Notes: a model not told the origin generated them from the sequence alone. A DNA stretch of 64,000 nucleotides from Eledone cirrhosa (GCA_964016885.1 OZ024741.1:107570001-107634000); one strand, 5' to 3'. Shown: positions 11,619 to 25,235, numbered from the stretch's first letter. A program made the numbers and translations.

Positions 11619-12244
11619 GTGTGTGTGTGAAACCCGAGAAGCTCCCAACCGATTTTTTTCAAACTTTACATGTGTATTACTTATGTTTCAGGGAGTGTTA
11701 TGCACATAAACAATTCCACTTTTTGATCCCCTAAGGCCCGCATTAGGTGAAAACCTGCTTTTCCCTGCTTCATCGAGGAAAATCTTAGATTATCCAGTGT
11801 TTTCAGCCTTTTAGGGGTTTTTGAGGCGTTACATCAAACCGATTTCCTTGAAATTGTAACTATGTATTAGTCAGTCTCTTCTTCATACCGTGAGCAAAGA
11901 AAATTCCACTTTTTTATGGCCTAGGGCCCACATTAGGTGAACAACTTCAATTTTCCGCTTTTTAGTGCTTTTTTGAGGCGTTACGTCTAGCCGATTTTCC
12001 AGAAATTTCAAGGCATATTATGCACATAAAAAATTCATTTTCTTGATCTCTTAGGGCCCGCATTAGGTGAAAACCTGCCTTTTTCCTTCTTCATCGAGGA
12101 AAATCTTAGATTATCCAGCCATCAGAGTATTCGGTTTATTTTCTTTACATATTTTCCGGGCATGCAGTTTTTCCACGATTAGGTCTGTTGGCGGCCCTCG
12201 TTCCAAAATACCTTATCCCGTGCAACACCGGGTACCACTGATAG
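11464..12244 (+). mobile_element. Non-autonomous Helitron with internal (TATG)n/(TG)n and internal duplications
   Basis: 5' TCTATATATATAAAAC and 3' hairpin cccgtgcaacaccggg followed by ATAG|T, parallel to 992-1515. 11698-11797 is repeated at 12018-12118. Confidence 0.65.
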
Positions 12245-12559
12245 TAATATATATTTGTCCGGATTAATTTATTATGGCTAAACACTTTTGTCTCGCCCTT
12301 CTATAACACATAGATATATCTGTATGGAATATTATATGAATAGTTGCACGTATGGTGGCCGTTTTGTGAAAAGCACGTTAACAATTTCACAGTCCGTATC
12401 CTCTTCTTAACTACAAAGCAACTCTGTCCAGAATGGTACTACTTTCCCGGAAATGGGAGGAAGGGGCTAGAAAATATTGTTTGATCACTTAATCCTGTCA
12501 CCATGCTGCAGGTCACTGGATGTCCACATTTGCTGTCGAAAAAATACAAAAAAATAATC

Positions 12560-14250
12560 AAAAATCCCAAAACGAAAGAAAGAGGATATATGTGGCGACT
12601 TAGCTTGTACGTACATTGCAAGACCACACGAAACAGGATTCAAGTAAAGCTAAGCAAAATGAAACAAAAACGGTGACATAAAAAAGGGAATGTAGATATG
12701 ATCTTCAGTATGTGACAGGTACAGGAAAAGGCTTGTGAGCATGACAAGGACTTGTATATAGTCTTTGGTGATCTTACAAAAGCCTTCGACACTGTATCAC
12801 ACGAGACATTATGGCAAGTTCTGAGAAAGTTGGCCTGTTTGAGCAAATGCTCTTTACTTAAGGGCGGTGGATTGGCAGTATCAGTAGAGGGTCGGACGCC
12901 ATGCTTTCCAGCATAGTTACGTCCCTTTACGATCTGAGTTCAAATCCCGCCGAGGTTGACTTTGCCTTGTGCCTAAAGTAGAAACAATTATTTCCTTACT
13001 TAAAAAGGGCAGTGGATTGGCACTATCGGTAGAGGGTCTGACGCCATGCTTTGAAGCAAAGAGTTACGGCTCTTTATGGTCTGAGTTCAAATCCCGCCGA
13101 GGTTAACTTTGCCTTTCATCCTTACGGGGTCGATAAAATAAAGTACCAGTAATACACTGGGATAATTGCTAGCTTTGTGCTAAAAGTAGAAACAATTATT
13201 TCCTTACAATCAGAATCAGTGATGTGAAAAATTGTACAAAACAAAGATGTGTGTTAGCCCCAGTCCCCTTTACCTTATTCTTCTCAGTAATGCTCTAATA
13301 TGCTTTCGCAGACGTTATTTAAAACGTCTTATTGGAATACCGAACTACAGGAGACATCTTCCATCAGCAACACTTCAAAGTAATAACTAAAATAGCGTAT
13401 CAAACGTTACGCAATTTTGCTCTTTGCATGAGACTGAGCTTACCTGCACGAGACATGCATTTCAGTTTTGAGAAATTTGTTTCAGCAGCTAGAGCTTTCG
13501 GGCTAAAAGTAAGCATAAAGAAGTCTGAACGCATGTTTCATCCAAGGCCAGGCAATAATCTCAAAACGCTGTCAAATACTGAAGACAGTCAGTAGCTTTA
13601 CATACTTTGGACCAACTGTAACTAATGATGCAAAGTTAGACAAGGCAACTGAAATACGCATAGGAAAGGGTAGTTCAGCTTTTGGTAAACTTTATGGCAG
13701 ACTATGGAACACTCACCATGTGTCAATTAAAACAAAATTCGATATCTATAAAGATATTTCCTTTATACCTCTCTTTTATGGAGCAGAAGCCGGGACTGCC
13801 TTTTGCAAACATAAACCAAATGACCAGTTTCCATATGAGGTGTCAATGGCAGATCTGTGGTGTAAAAAGGGATGATAGAGTGAAAAATAGTGAAGTGCTA
13901 TGGTATTGCTCTATATCTAGACGAAGAACGTTCTTGATCAAATTTCGAATGAGATGGTATGGCCACATTTTGATAATGAATGATGAAAGAATGCCAAAGC
14001 AAGTCATATTTCGTCAACTTAAATGCACTCATAGAAATGTAGGCCGACCACTAGCTTGCTATAAAGACAAGCTTAGGGACAATTTGAAACGTCTGAATAT
14101 GAATATTAACAGCTGGGAAAATGTTTTCAATAATAGGACTGATGGGAGAAATTAATGTCATACGACGTTTGTTAACTTTGAAAACGAACGTATTCGTCAT
14201 CAAGATTAGTTGTATGTAAATCGAAAACACATTTATCAACATATCCACGT
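12560..14250 (+). mobile_element. Degenerate RTE-clade LINE
   Basis: DMIFSM*QVQEKAC...DLTKAFDTVSRETLWQVLRK, KQRCVLAPVPFTLFF, FGLKVSIKKSE, FTYFG, RMRWYGHILIMNDERMPKQ, GRP..YKDKL. Confidence 0.85.
12860..13200 (+). mobile_element. Two tandem tRNA-derived SINEs inserted into the RTE LINE
   Basis: gggc(g/a)gtggattggca...gagttcaaatcccgccgagg occurs at 12861 and 13006. Both end aagtagaaacaattatt. The first has an internal deletion. Confidence 0.85.
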
Positions 14251-14547
14251 TCCTGCAATTATTTTCTTCAATGCAGCTTTTCCACTAGGTAAGATGTTGG
14301 GATGAAGATCATCTCAGGATTCACGTCATTCCTGAAAATCTGTAAGAGTCCCTTTAAAAATGCTACAGGCTTGAAATTACACATGCATGCTCACCAAATG
14401 AAATAACGTTGGGACATTTTCTTTGCTGAAATCCATTAACTAGTTCTTGACTGGGATTTTCTTTTGCTTTGATTACTGTTGAACACTCACACGTTGTCTT
14501 CGACATTAGATTCCGTCTTTCATATCTAGAATAAGGAGCAGATATTG

Positions 14548-14790
14548 CAATAGCCTGGGGTTCAAAAGCCCTCAACTCTTCAACATGCTGCCAAGAAATT
14601 TGAGAGATCTGGGTGGTGAGGACGTGGATGTTTTCAGGAAACATCTTGACACCCTGCTATCCAGGATCCCAGAGGAGCCCACATCACGATACGAAGGTAA
14701 CCTGAAGGCAGCAGCAACGTACTCCCTCTTACACCAATGGCCAGCCAACACAGGCTGGAGATAGAATGTGTAGCAACAAATGCCGGATGG
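14548..14790 (+). mobile_element. CR1-group LINE 3' end fragment
   Basis: Reads NSLGFKSPQLFNMLPRNLRD...VDVFRKHLDTLLSRIPEEP, like the C-terminus of CR1/L2-group ORF2. Confidence 0.6.
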
Positions 14791-14899
14791 CTGGAACATG
14801 TAAAAGAGTAAAAGTGTAAAAGAGTATATGCGTGTGTCTGTGTGTGTGAGCGCATGCGGGTGTGATTAGATTATTAACTATTATAGCTTACCGAGCATC

Positions 14900-16150
14900 C
14901 ATAATATAAACAATTAAGCCAAGCGTGCCATATAATCAATATCGATTTCAAATCGAGACCTATTGTCACGCCCCCTATGTACGGCAATGATTATACAATT
15001 TTATCATATTCTGTTAAATCATTTTCTAAAATGTGTACCAACCTATATTCGTGATGGCCTAGATAAGCTAAACCAGGTAACAAACATTGTTTCGTTCGAT
15101 GTCGTCACTTTATACACTAATCTGCTACACAGTTTTGGAACGGAAGCTATTCACATACCAGTTTGAATTACCGGACCATATAGAAATGGATTTCGTTATA
15201 GAAATTTGTTCTATAGATGAATTATCTCAGGTTCGATGAGCGTATATATCACAACATATCGGTGCCAGTAACCCCGACATACACCAATCTTGTTATAGCT
15301 TGCTACGAAAAGAAAATCTATCAAGCGTCAAAAGTTTTGGAACCATTCTTATTGAAATCTGAAAGAAAACTGGGAAAATGTATGTTTATGATTAAATCAT
15401 CTTATTGAATGCAACAGTTAATATACTATAGGAATTTAATATGTTATAGGAGTTTAAATGTATTATTCACACTAAAAATACCAATATTTAATTCACGATG
15501 TCATTTAGCAAGATAAAACATTTCTATACCATCAGATGCATAGGAAAAAATGTAATGCAGAAAGTCCACATTGGCCAGGTTTGTGGTGACTGCGATGAAG
15601 TTCCTTATGAATAATTTCTGGACATCAACACTCGTAAACAATACCACTATAGAAATCCGCACGATGAAACGGTGTATATAGGTAGGAACTCCAATAACCT
15701 CTCAACTAAAGTTAGGAGCCTTGTAAACGGGATTCGGAGAAGAATAACTAGCTTATCATACGCCAAAGTTGCGCCCGATTACAAAAATGCATTAACGAGA
15801 AGTTTCACCACAGAAAAACATAGTATACATGGAGGACACCCCACCCAATCTGAAGAGACGCAGTGAGAGAAAAATAACCTGGTTCAATCTTGTATCCACT
15901 TATATAGCTAATAATTTCCTGTTCCAAATCAGGAAACATTTACCATATAACCATAAATAACATATAACCATAAAGAATTTGAACTAACACAATATTATGG
16001 TTAGCTACCCCTGTTTAGATAGTATCTCGTCAAATATTTTACGTAATAACCGCGATAAAAACACTTGTTCACACAAACCCCAAATTACACAGTTGCTTGA
16101 AACCGCCAAAATCTTGCTAATTGTCCTCTAGGGAAATTCCGTCTCTGAAA
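14900..16150 (+). mobile_element. Highly degenerate Penelope-like RT fragments
   Basis: IVSFDVVTLYTNL, NYLRFDERIYH, PTYTNL, FLDI and RKITWFN-like segments. Confidence 0.6.
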
Positions 16151-16558
16151 TGTCCTGTCTTAAAATACATGCTGAGCAACGATCAAAATGGAGTGGATCA
16201 TTAGCAAAAAAACAAAGAAAAAAAAAAAAAGACAGTGAAGAGCGGGAGAGATCATCCTGACGAGTACCAGTTGAGTTCGAAATGCATCGACGATTGTCCC
16301 CCCCCCTTGCTTCTGCCGGACACCACTGGGTAGTGTTAGTTGCCAGTGTTTTTCATAGCTATGGCTTTTTTAAATGTTTATTTATAAGCATACAGTATTT
16401 CTTTAGAAATACCAAATTCAAATACATATTTGTATACAGCCATGTTAAATCCTAATTCTATTCTATATTAATATATTCATATGCAAGTGAGATTAATCAC
16501 CTCCGTATTTCTTTAGAAATACGAAATTCATATATATATATAATATATATATATACAC

Positions 16559-16602
<44 letters not shown>

Positions 16603-16604
<2 letters not shown>

Positions 16605-16782
16605 GTTATTCCGGGTTGAATCGGAGGTAACCACAGTAAGTAAGGTACTCAATACATAGCAGAGTATAACAGTTTTAATATAGATGAGATTCTACAGGAC
16701 TAGAACTGTTTCATTCATTAGAAATCATCAGATTCCTGATGATTTCTAATGAATGAAACAGTTCTAGTCCTGTAGAATCTCA

Positions 16783-16790
<8 letters not shown>
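16603..16790. mobile_element. Small fold-back HHR element in (TA)n
   Basis: Near-perfect palindrome 16679-16788 centred on cag-attc-ctg. The 5' end resembles 2819-2850. Confidence 0.75.
16730..16780 (+). ncRNA. Type I hammerhead ribozyme
   Basis: agattc CTGATGA tttctaatgaat GAAACAG ttctagtc CTGTA gaatct. Helix I is 6 bp, helix III is ACAG/CTGT, cleavage triplet GUA. Confidence 0.85.
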
Positions 16791-16870
<80 letters not shown>

Positions 16871-16875
<5 letters not shown>

Positions 16876-18232
16876 ACTAGAAATTGATTAACATATAAAT
16901 AAACATGAATAATCACAGGAGATAATTTTTACAAGTGTGTAAGCACACATAGCTAGGTAGGTAACTAAATAAAGTTAACCAGAACTTCAAAAATAGATAC
17001 CTTATAATATGATTAATCTTCCCTGTATATATTCCATTAAAGAAATATATTTCACCAATTAATCGAATGGTAAACCATGGAGGCCGGTACTTGGATTTTC
17101 AACAAGGAAGAAGTCCAGCGATCTATGTTTACACTTCAAGTTCAAATCAGCGACTGGCCAGCAACACGTGCTGTATCTACAACAAATACACACATCATAC
17201 CAGCTTAGTCACAGTGGCGTGAATAGGGTTATCGACAACTAGAAACAGCAGTCAAATCCTTTCAACAGAGTTAGCTCTACAATTAAGGAGCCGTATTTAT
17301 ATATCTATATCCAAAATTAAGATAATCAAAATTATGGGTGTCATGCGAGAAAGACATGTGCCATATCACCCGCAAAATAAGCTCTAAGATTCTAACGAAT
17401 AGGTCCGAGCATTTTATAATAACTAGAAATTGATTAACATATAAATAAACATGAATAATCACAGGAGATAATTTTTACAAGTGTGTAAGCACACATAGCT
17501 AGGTAGGTAACTAAATAAAGTTAACCAGAACTTCAAAAATAAATACCTTATAATATGATTAATCTTCCCTGTATATATTCCATTAAAGAAATATATTTCA
17601 CCAATTAATCGAATGGTAAACCATGGAGGCCATGTGACTAATACAGGGTTTCTAGCCGACACCCATAATTTTGATTATCTTAATTTTGGATATAGATATA
17701 TAAATACGGCTCCTTAATTGTAGAGCTAACTCTGTTGAAAGGATTTGACTGCTGTTTCTAGTTGTCGATAACCCTATTCACGCCACTGTGACTAAGCTGG
17801 TATGATGTGTGTATTTCTAGTAGATACAGCACGTGTTGCTGGCCAGTCGCTGATTTGAACTTGAAGTGTAAACATAGATCGCTGGACTTCTTCCTTGTTG
17901 AAAATCCAAGTACCGGCCTCCATGGTTTACCATTCGATTAATTGGCGAAATATATTTCTTTAATGGAATATATACAGGGAAGATTAATCATATTATAAGG
18001 TATCTATTTTTGAAGTTCTGGTTAACTTTATTTAGTTACCTACCTAGCTATGTGTGCTTACACACTTGTAAAAATTATCTCCTGTGATTATTCATGTTTA
18101 TTTATATGTTAATCAATTTCTAGTTATTATAAAATACTCGGACCTATTCGTTAGAATCTTAGAGCTTATTTTGCGGGTGATATGGCGCATCTCTTTCCAG
18201 CATGACACCCATAATTTTGATTATCCTAATTT

Positions 18233-18236
<4 letters not shown>
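16871..18236. mobile_element. 546-bp-unit tandem + inverted non-coding element in (TA)n
   Basis: ataactagaaattg at 16873 and 17419 (period 546). 17658-18236 is the reverse complement. (TA)n on both sides. Confidence 0.75.
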
Positions 18237-18280
<44 letters not shown>

Positions 18281-18594
18281 TATATATAATTGGAAATTTA
18301 GTAAAATGAATCTCTGGCGGTTTGCAAGCAAATTCAGCCTACTTATATGAAATGATGAGTTATCAAAGCACTCGATAAGTAAGGTCCTTAGAGTAATAAC
18401 ATACGTTTAAATAGTTTGACAAATCGAACATTGTGGTAGGCAAAATCTAACACACAATAATATACCAAAGTAACGATAGAACTAACAGGTTGGGAAAAAT
18501 ACACCTGGACAAATCAAATGATTATACGTTTAAAGTATTTCTTTGAATCCGAAATCAAATATCAGACTTACGTGAGTGGCAAACTCGTGGTATT

Positions 18595-18705
<111 letters not shown>

Positions 18706-18847
18706 GTTTAGTATTTTGGGGAATAATATTTGAAGGAAGCGGCAGGGTTTGCAGTTATTTTCGGCGTCTGGGATTCCTAAACTGTCTAGGTATTACATAA
18801 CTAAGCAGTTCTTCAATAGTTAGATACTTTGCTCTCTCTCTCTCTCT

Positions 18848-18879
<32 letters not shown>

Positions 18880-19110
18880 TTCTCCATCTCTCTCTCTCTA
18901 TATATATATATTGTTATACTTGGGGAGGGTCATATTTGTGTAATAATATTGCCAGAATTAATAACAGAACACACCCACTGTTTGGTTGGTTTTCGCTTCT
19001 GTGTCTTTTATATCGGTTAATTTAATTTATTCGGTCCTCAATGTTACCATTGACTGACCAACGATAAAAAATACAGATACAATATATACACAAACACATA
19101 TATATATATA

Positions 19111-20055
19111 GTCTAACAAAGTTCTTTCGTTGCACATCTGCAACATCGTCAGTGGTGCTATTATGTTTCCTCCCGTTGTATTGTATGCCTACGCCATCTT
19201 TATTTAGTCTGTTTATTTATTTATTAATTTTTTTTTTTGTCTTCTCTGCGCATGCGTTTTCGTGTGTGTATAGTGTTTTTTTATGTGTGTTCGTGTTTGG
19301 GTGACTGTGTATTGGTTATCGTATTCTATCGTTGTTTACTAGTGTGCGTTTATATGTGTTTGTTGTTATTGTGCTTGTGTATGCATTTCTTTATTTCTTT
19401 ATTTATACTTTTCTTAGGTCAGTGTTGTTTGTTTGGGTGTTGTTGTTATTCCATTAATTTTTTTTCCGTTTAGCCTTGGCCTTCTAAGTTCTATTTCGCT
19501 GGCCTCTCTGATTTGCCTATCTACTGGGTCATTTCTATGTTTAGATATTATTCTAATTTCTATGTTGTCTATGTTACCGTCGTGTCGTTGTCTGGCATGT
19601 TCGTATAGTACTGACCCGTTTTTTCGTCCTTTTAGTTCCCCCCAGTGTTGATCTATCCTTTCACCTATGCTACGAGCTGTCTCGCCTATGTATGTTGTTG
19701 TCATGTTTCTGCAAGTAACCTCTGTAATCTTATGCTATAGACTACGTTTCTAGTTTTACAGTTTATCCGGGGGTTTACTTTACATATGATACATTTCCTA
19801 TTAGTACAGTGGGTTTTCTTAAAAGGATAGGTTTTGGTGATCAGGGATTTTATGGTGGTTCCTGGCTTTTCTAGCACCTTAATCTTTAAGGGCCTTTCTA
19901 CACTGGTTAGCTACAGAAGCGAAAACCACCCAAACAGTGAGTGTGTTCTGTTATTAATTCTGGCAATATTATTACACAAATATGACCCTCCCAAGTATAA
20001 CAATATTTCTTTCGACACACGATTTCATATAAAAAACCTCGCAAAACTAATTCAT
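19111..20055 (-). mobile_element. Penelope-like element 3' part (GIY-YIG endonuclease + 3' UTR ending in a partial HHR)
   Basis: GIY-YIG ORF upstream of which are VLEKPGTTIKSL and C..C motifs. The 3' end reads CTGACGA t-gttgca-gatg-tgcaac GAAA. 18910-19000 is an inverted copy of 19912-20005. Confidence 0.8.
19414..19704 (-). pseudogene. GIY-YIG endonuclease domain of Penelope-like element
   Basis: TYIGETARSIGERIDQH...SVLYEHA...RQIREASEIE...RLN. Confidence 0.85.
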
Positions 20056-20060
20056 CGCTG

Positions 20061-20104
<44 letters not shown>

Positions 20105-20171
20105 AAGGTTTAGTAAATAATGAAAAAGTTTCAAAATAAATTTTAAAAAATTGACTTTACCTACTATAGTT

Positions 20172-20255
20172 ACCTTTACCGATCGGTTTCGAATCCCAAA
20201 AATAAAACGTAGGCCATACGGCCTTCGTTGCAAAGAGAGATTCTCGTCAGAAGGT
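20172..20255 (-). ncRNA. Type I hammerhead ribozyme, extended helix II (copy 1)
   Basis: Reverse complement: acctt CTGACGA gaatct...aacg-aaggcc-gtat-ggcct-acgtt...ggattc GAAAC CGATCG GTA aaggt. Confidence 0.9.
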
Positions 20256-20654
20256 TCTTTTCATTCAAAGAATATAAAATTCCTGAATTTAAATCACAAA
20301 CTAGCGCTATCAAAGACTGTTCCTGGGATGAGAGTGGATGATGTAGAACAGGTTTATCAAGGGCCGTAGTAAAGATAGAGGCAAAAGGAGGTAGGTCAAA
20401 CTAGCCACCGCTGTTATCAGCAGCAGTCGGAATGACTCGGTTTGTTCTCAACGTTTGTGGAGGTAGTAGTAATATGAAATACGTCCTTTCACGCACAAGG
20501 CGCCAAGGTACGCATGTATTGTCCAACCAAGTGCCAGTGTGGTTCAATGGCGGGTTAATAAATTAACGAGCCAGAACAAATATAAACAAGGTTTAGTAAA
20601 TAATGAAAAAGTTTCAAAATAAATTTTAAAAAATTGACTTTACCTACTATAGTT

Positions 20655-20738
20655 ACCTTTACCGATCGGTTTCGAATCCCAAAAATAAAACGTAGGCCAT
20701 ACGGCCTTCGTTGCAAAGAGAGATTCTCGTCAGAAGGT
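20655..20738 (-). ncRNA. Type I hammerhead ribozyme (copy 2)
   Basis: Same sequence as 20172-20255. Confidence 0.9.
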
Positions 20739-21137
20739 TCTTTTCATTCAAAGAATATAAAATTCCTGAATTTAAATCACAAACTAGCGCTATCAAAGAC
20801 TGTTCCTGGGATGAGAGTGGATGATGTAGAACAGGTTTATCAAGGGCCGTAGTAAAGATAGAGGCAAAAGGAGGTAGGTCAAACTAGCCACCGCTGTTAT
20901 CAGCAGCAGTCGGAATGACCCGGTTTGTTCTCAACGTTTGTGGAGGTAGTAGTAACATGAAATACGTCCTTTCACGCACAAGGCGCCAAGGTACGCATGT
21001 ATTGTCCAACCAAGTGCCAGTGTGGTTCAATGGCGGGTTAATAAATTAACGAGCCAGAACAAATATAAACAAGGTTTAGTAAATAATGAAAAAGTTTCAA
21101 AATAAATTTTAAAAAATTGACTTTACCTACTATAGTT

Positions 21138-21221
21138 ACCTTTACCGATCGGTTTCGAATCCCAAAAATAAAACGTAGGCCATACGGCCTTCGTTGCAAA
21201 GAGAGATTCTCGTCAGAAGGT
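21138..21221 (-). ncRNA. Type I hammerhead ribozyme (copy 3)
   Basis: Same sequence as 20172-20255. Confidence 0.9.
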
Positions 21222-21620
21222 TCTTTTCATTCAAAGAATATAAAATTCCTGAATTTAAATCACAAACTAGCGCTATCAAAGACTGTTCCTGGGATGAGAG
21301 TGGATGATGTAGAACAGGTTTATCAAGGGCCGTAGTAAAGATAGAGGCAAAAGGAGGTAGGTCAAACTAGCCACCGCTGTTATCAGCAGCAGTCGGAATG
21401 ACCCGGTTTGTTCTCAACGTTTGTGGAGGTAGTAGTAATATGAAATACGTCCTTTCACGCACAAGGCGCCAAGGTACGCATGTATTGTCCAACCAAGTGC
21501 CAGTGTGGTTCAATGGCGGGTTAATAAATTAACGAGCCAGAACAAATATAAACAAGGTTTAGTAAATAATGAAAAAGTTTCAAAATAAATTTTAAAAAAT
21601 TGACTTTACCTACTATAGTT

Positions 21621-21704
21621 ACCTTTACCGATCGGTTTCGAATCCCAAAAATAAAACGTAGGCCATACGGCCTTCGTTGCAAAGAGAGATTCTCGTCAGA
21701 AGGT
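21621..21704 (-). ncRNA. Type I hammerhead ribozyme (copy 4)
   Basis: Same sequence as 20172-20255. Confidence 0.9.
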
Positions 21705-21735
21705 TCTTTTCATTCAAAGAATATAAAATTCCTGA

Positions 21736-21942
<207 letters not shown>

Positions 21943-21961
21943 TATATATATGTATATATAT

Positions 21962-22385
21962 ATATAGAAAATAAGCAAGTGAAACATGTAAAATTTGGCT
22001 TCGTTTACTATAAATTCTCTGCTATATATATTTCGGTGACAGCTATTATTGGCTGTGACCTCTTCAAGCTGTCTGAATTAGTGTGGAAAAGCCAGGTACA
22101 CATGGTGTTGAAGTAGGTTCCACTCTGTCAATACATCGATATGTCCAGCTCCTGGGTGTGTTGTTAGTCCTCCGATATGATTCCAGTTCCTCGGAGGACT
22201 AACAACACACACAGGAGCTGGACATATCGATGTATTGACAGAGTGGAACCTACTTCAATAACATGTGTACCTGTCTTTTCCACACTAATTCGGACAGCCA
22301 ATAATAGCTGTCACCGAAATATATATAGCAGAGAATTTATAATAAACGAAGCCAAATTTTACATGTTTGACTTACTTATTTTACA
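21962..22385. mobile_element. Fold-back pLTR-like element with degenerate HHR
   Basis: 21965-22174 is inverted against 22191-22385. Minus strand 22019-22071 reads cagc TTGAAGA ggtcacagc..gctgtcacc GAAA tatata TA gcag. The core is deleted in the right arm. Confidence 0.65.
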
Positions 22386-22639
22386 TTATTCCAGAGTAAA
22401 CAAACCAACCTGCGTACTTCGTCGAGTGCTCCAATCTTCATACTGAGGTATCGGTGAACAACCAACATATACTCAAAATGTATATATATATATATATATA
22501 CTTAGGTTAATAGGAGTTAGGTATTGTATACCCGTGTCCCATTAAGGTATTGGCAGCATAATAATTAGCTCTATGCTTTGGAGCAGAGCCGTATATATGA
22601 TAAAGAACACGAGCGTCTACAACATCAACAGATTTTTAT

Positions 22640-22688
22640 TGGCTTACAATGTTTCTTCCTTACGTAACCGTATGATTCGTCAGAGCTA
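22640..22688 (-). ncRNA. Type I hammerhead ribozyme (slightly degenerate)
   Basis: Reverse complement: tagct CTGACGA atcatacg-gtta-cgtaaggaa GAAAC att GTA agcca, followed by aataaa. Confidence 0.65.
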
Positions 22689-24090
22689 TAAAAGGGGTTT
22701 GATTGGTGTTATGGACTCTACCAACCAAACATTCAAGAACAAATAGTAAAGAGAGTAAAGAGCAAAAGTAGGGGACGATAAGTCTAATTTTGGTGCGGGA
22801 GGGTGGGGTGTGGGTCCTTGTTTACTAGCTGCGGTCATATTCATTGCCGGGAGTCGAGTGGTTAGCTGAACCATAGATGGGGTGGCGTCGATAGTATGGT
22901 GCAGAGGGTGTGCAGAGGCCACACAGACACAAAGGGCATACAATATATATATATATAACGGAGGAGAAAGTACATGAGGTAATTAGAAATGGAAAAAGAG
23001 TAATAATAATAATCTATAATTAATAATGTATAATAAGGCATGGGGAAGATTACACTATAATAAGGTATAAAAGTAAGAATATATATATATATATGAGATT
23101 AATCACCTCATCTTTCCTATGTATATCTTACTTATTATTTTTTATATGCCATTGCCGAAAGGCAGTGTTGTCGGTAGAAACACTGGAGATTTATACGCAA
23201 TATTTTCGAATATTTATATAATGTCCACCTTATTGCACATAAACACTTCAAATCACTCCGTTGTCTACTTTAACATTCCTCATTCTTTGAGCAATAAATT
23301 TAGTAGAAAAGCATTCTTGTGTTTTATAGAATATATATATATTTATTGATTATGTAACATTATAAGTTTCGTGTTTGCTGCAGTATGATAAATTGAAAAA
23401 CAACTAGACAGGAATTATAATTTCTATTCATGGTTTATACTTACTAGATTCAAATAAATGATATATTAAACGAAACATTAAATAATAATATCGGAAAATA
23501 AATGTTTAAAAAGAAATACGATTAATTGCATAATTGGGTATAAACCAATGTTTTCCAAACTTCTCACTACCAAGAACTCCTTTATAGAAATTACTTTCAC
23601 ACAGACATAAAAATTTTGAAAATATCTACTCGCTGATCTGTCAATTACCCAGTCGACAGGAAGATCTCCCCGTTTGGCTCATTTCTCCCCGTCTCCACTT
23701 TTTTGTGAAAATGGGTTTTATTATGTAAAATCTAAACATTTTGCCTCATTTCTCCCCATTTTGGGACACTTTTTTCATGGTACTCCGCATTTGAGTTTTT
23801 AGAGGTTGGTAGGTCTGTACTCGAGGCATAATAAGTAATTGACAAGAAATTTGTTTGTTAGTTACCAGGTCACGGAGAGTGGGACGAAAGTTTTGACACC
23901 AGGAAATAACTACAAAACAACGTAACTGTGTTTTGTGTGATTAAATAGTTCTCAGGTTTTCTACAGGCTATAATTGTTTTAGTTTTAACACACAGACGCA
24001 GGCCAGGTTATTTGACAGACAAGTAAAACTCATATATATATATATATATATATATAAATATACACGAGTGTGTATGATTGTGTATAGAAG

Positions 24091-25230
24091 ATTACATTAA
24101 TAAAAGGAATTCCAACTTTGTCTGATTTACACGTTTTATTTAGAATCCTTTAAAATTATAACGAAATAGTATGGTAGAATATAACCGATCATTGCTCAAA
24201 GAAATGAATTAAAAAGTTTAATTAAAGACTGAGCTTTGATTCTTAGTAAAAGCCGAAAAATTTGAAGCAATTACTAACAAAGGCAAAGTTTGACCTTAAC
24301 AGCAAAAACCAATCATTCACTGTATCTAAATGCAATGATAGTCGATATGCCACATGTCAGTTCATACATAGTGGTCAATATATGAACACAAAAACTGGAA
24401 AAATATTCCCAAATGCAAATATGAACTGCAAATCAGAATTCTAATTTACTGCATTAAATGCCCGAATTGTGAAGAACTATATGTCGCTCAAACTGGAAAT
24501 ACACTATCGGAACGTGCACGGGTGCACCGAGAGCAAATCAGAGACCCAAATGTCCGTCAGATACTCCTGAGTAACCATCTAGCAACATGTGATCAGAAAA
24601 TATTTATAATATTTCCATTCTAAAAAACTACACAGCCCAAATGAAATCAAGAGAAAAATTAAAGAAAATAATTGATAAATTCTAACCCAAGCTAAATGAA
24701 CAATAATAATGCTTAGGGTATTACTTCTACTATGACTACGCCTACGACCATGTCGACTAAAACCACTGACAACACCAACAACAACAACAATAATAATAAA
24801 AGTGATGTTGATACTGATGATTACTGAAGATTTTTTTATAAAAACCTTAGAAAACGCTATTTTCATCATTTCTAAAAATAGCAAAACAATTGATGCTTTG
24901 GATAGGGTCAAATAGAAGTCGTTAGACATGCTCAACCAACCGTGACGCCTAAACCAATCAGCTTTAGTAATCTAGCGAAACCAGACACCGATTGGTCGAA
25001 ATACAGTTTGCAAAACTTAGCATTCTGTAGCCCCTTTTTAGCCATCTCATTACAGTTGAAAATTGCAAACTTGACTGTCACCATAGAATATGAACGTGAA
25101 GATTGCCAAAGCATGAAAGTACTTGTTCAATTAACATTTAACGTTTAATATTCTACCATACTATTTCATTATACTATCATTATAATTTTAAAGGATTGTA
25201 AATCAGACAAAGCTGGAATTCCTTTTATTA

Positions 25231-25235
<5 letters not shown>
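24091..25235 (+). mobile_element. 5'-truncated Penelope-like element with inverted 5' pLTR piece
   Basis: LKQLLTKAKF..KCNDSR..TC...CKS, then LIYCIKCPNCEELYVAQTGNTLSER..VH (GIY-YIG). 24095-24182 is inverted against 25147-25232. TA flanks. Confidence 0.8.
25091..25129 (+). ncRNA. Degenerate minimal hammerhead in Penelope 3' UTR
   Basis: tgaac GTGAAGA ttgc-caaa-gcat GAAA gtac TT gttca. C3G substitution, palindromic helix III AGTACT. Confidence 0.55.

Noticed and set aside
12860-13100. tRNA genes
   Set aside because: A and B boxes belong to SINE heads and there is no complete cloverleaf.
20151-20369. 72-aa ORF repeated in each 483-bp unit
   Set aside because: TTG start, no recognisable domain, antisense to the ribozyme. 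Its identity across units just reflects the repeat.
23632-23818. Possible MITE with weak terminal inverted repeats
   Set aside because: TIRs and TSD are too degenerate to support by eye.
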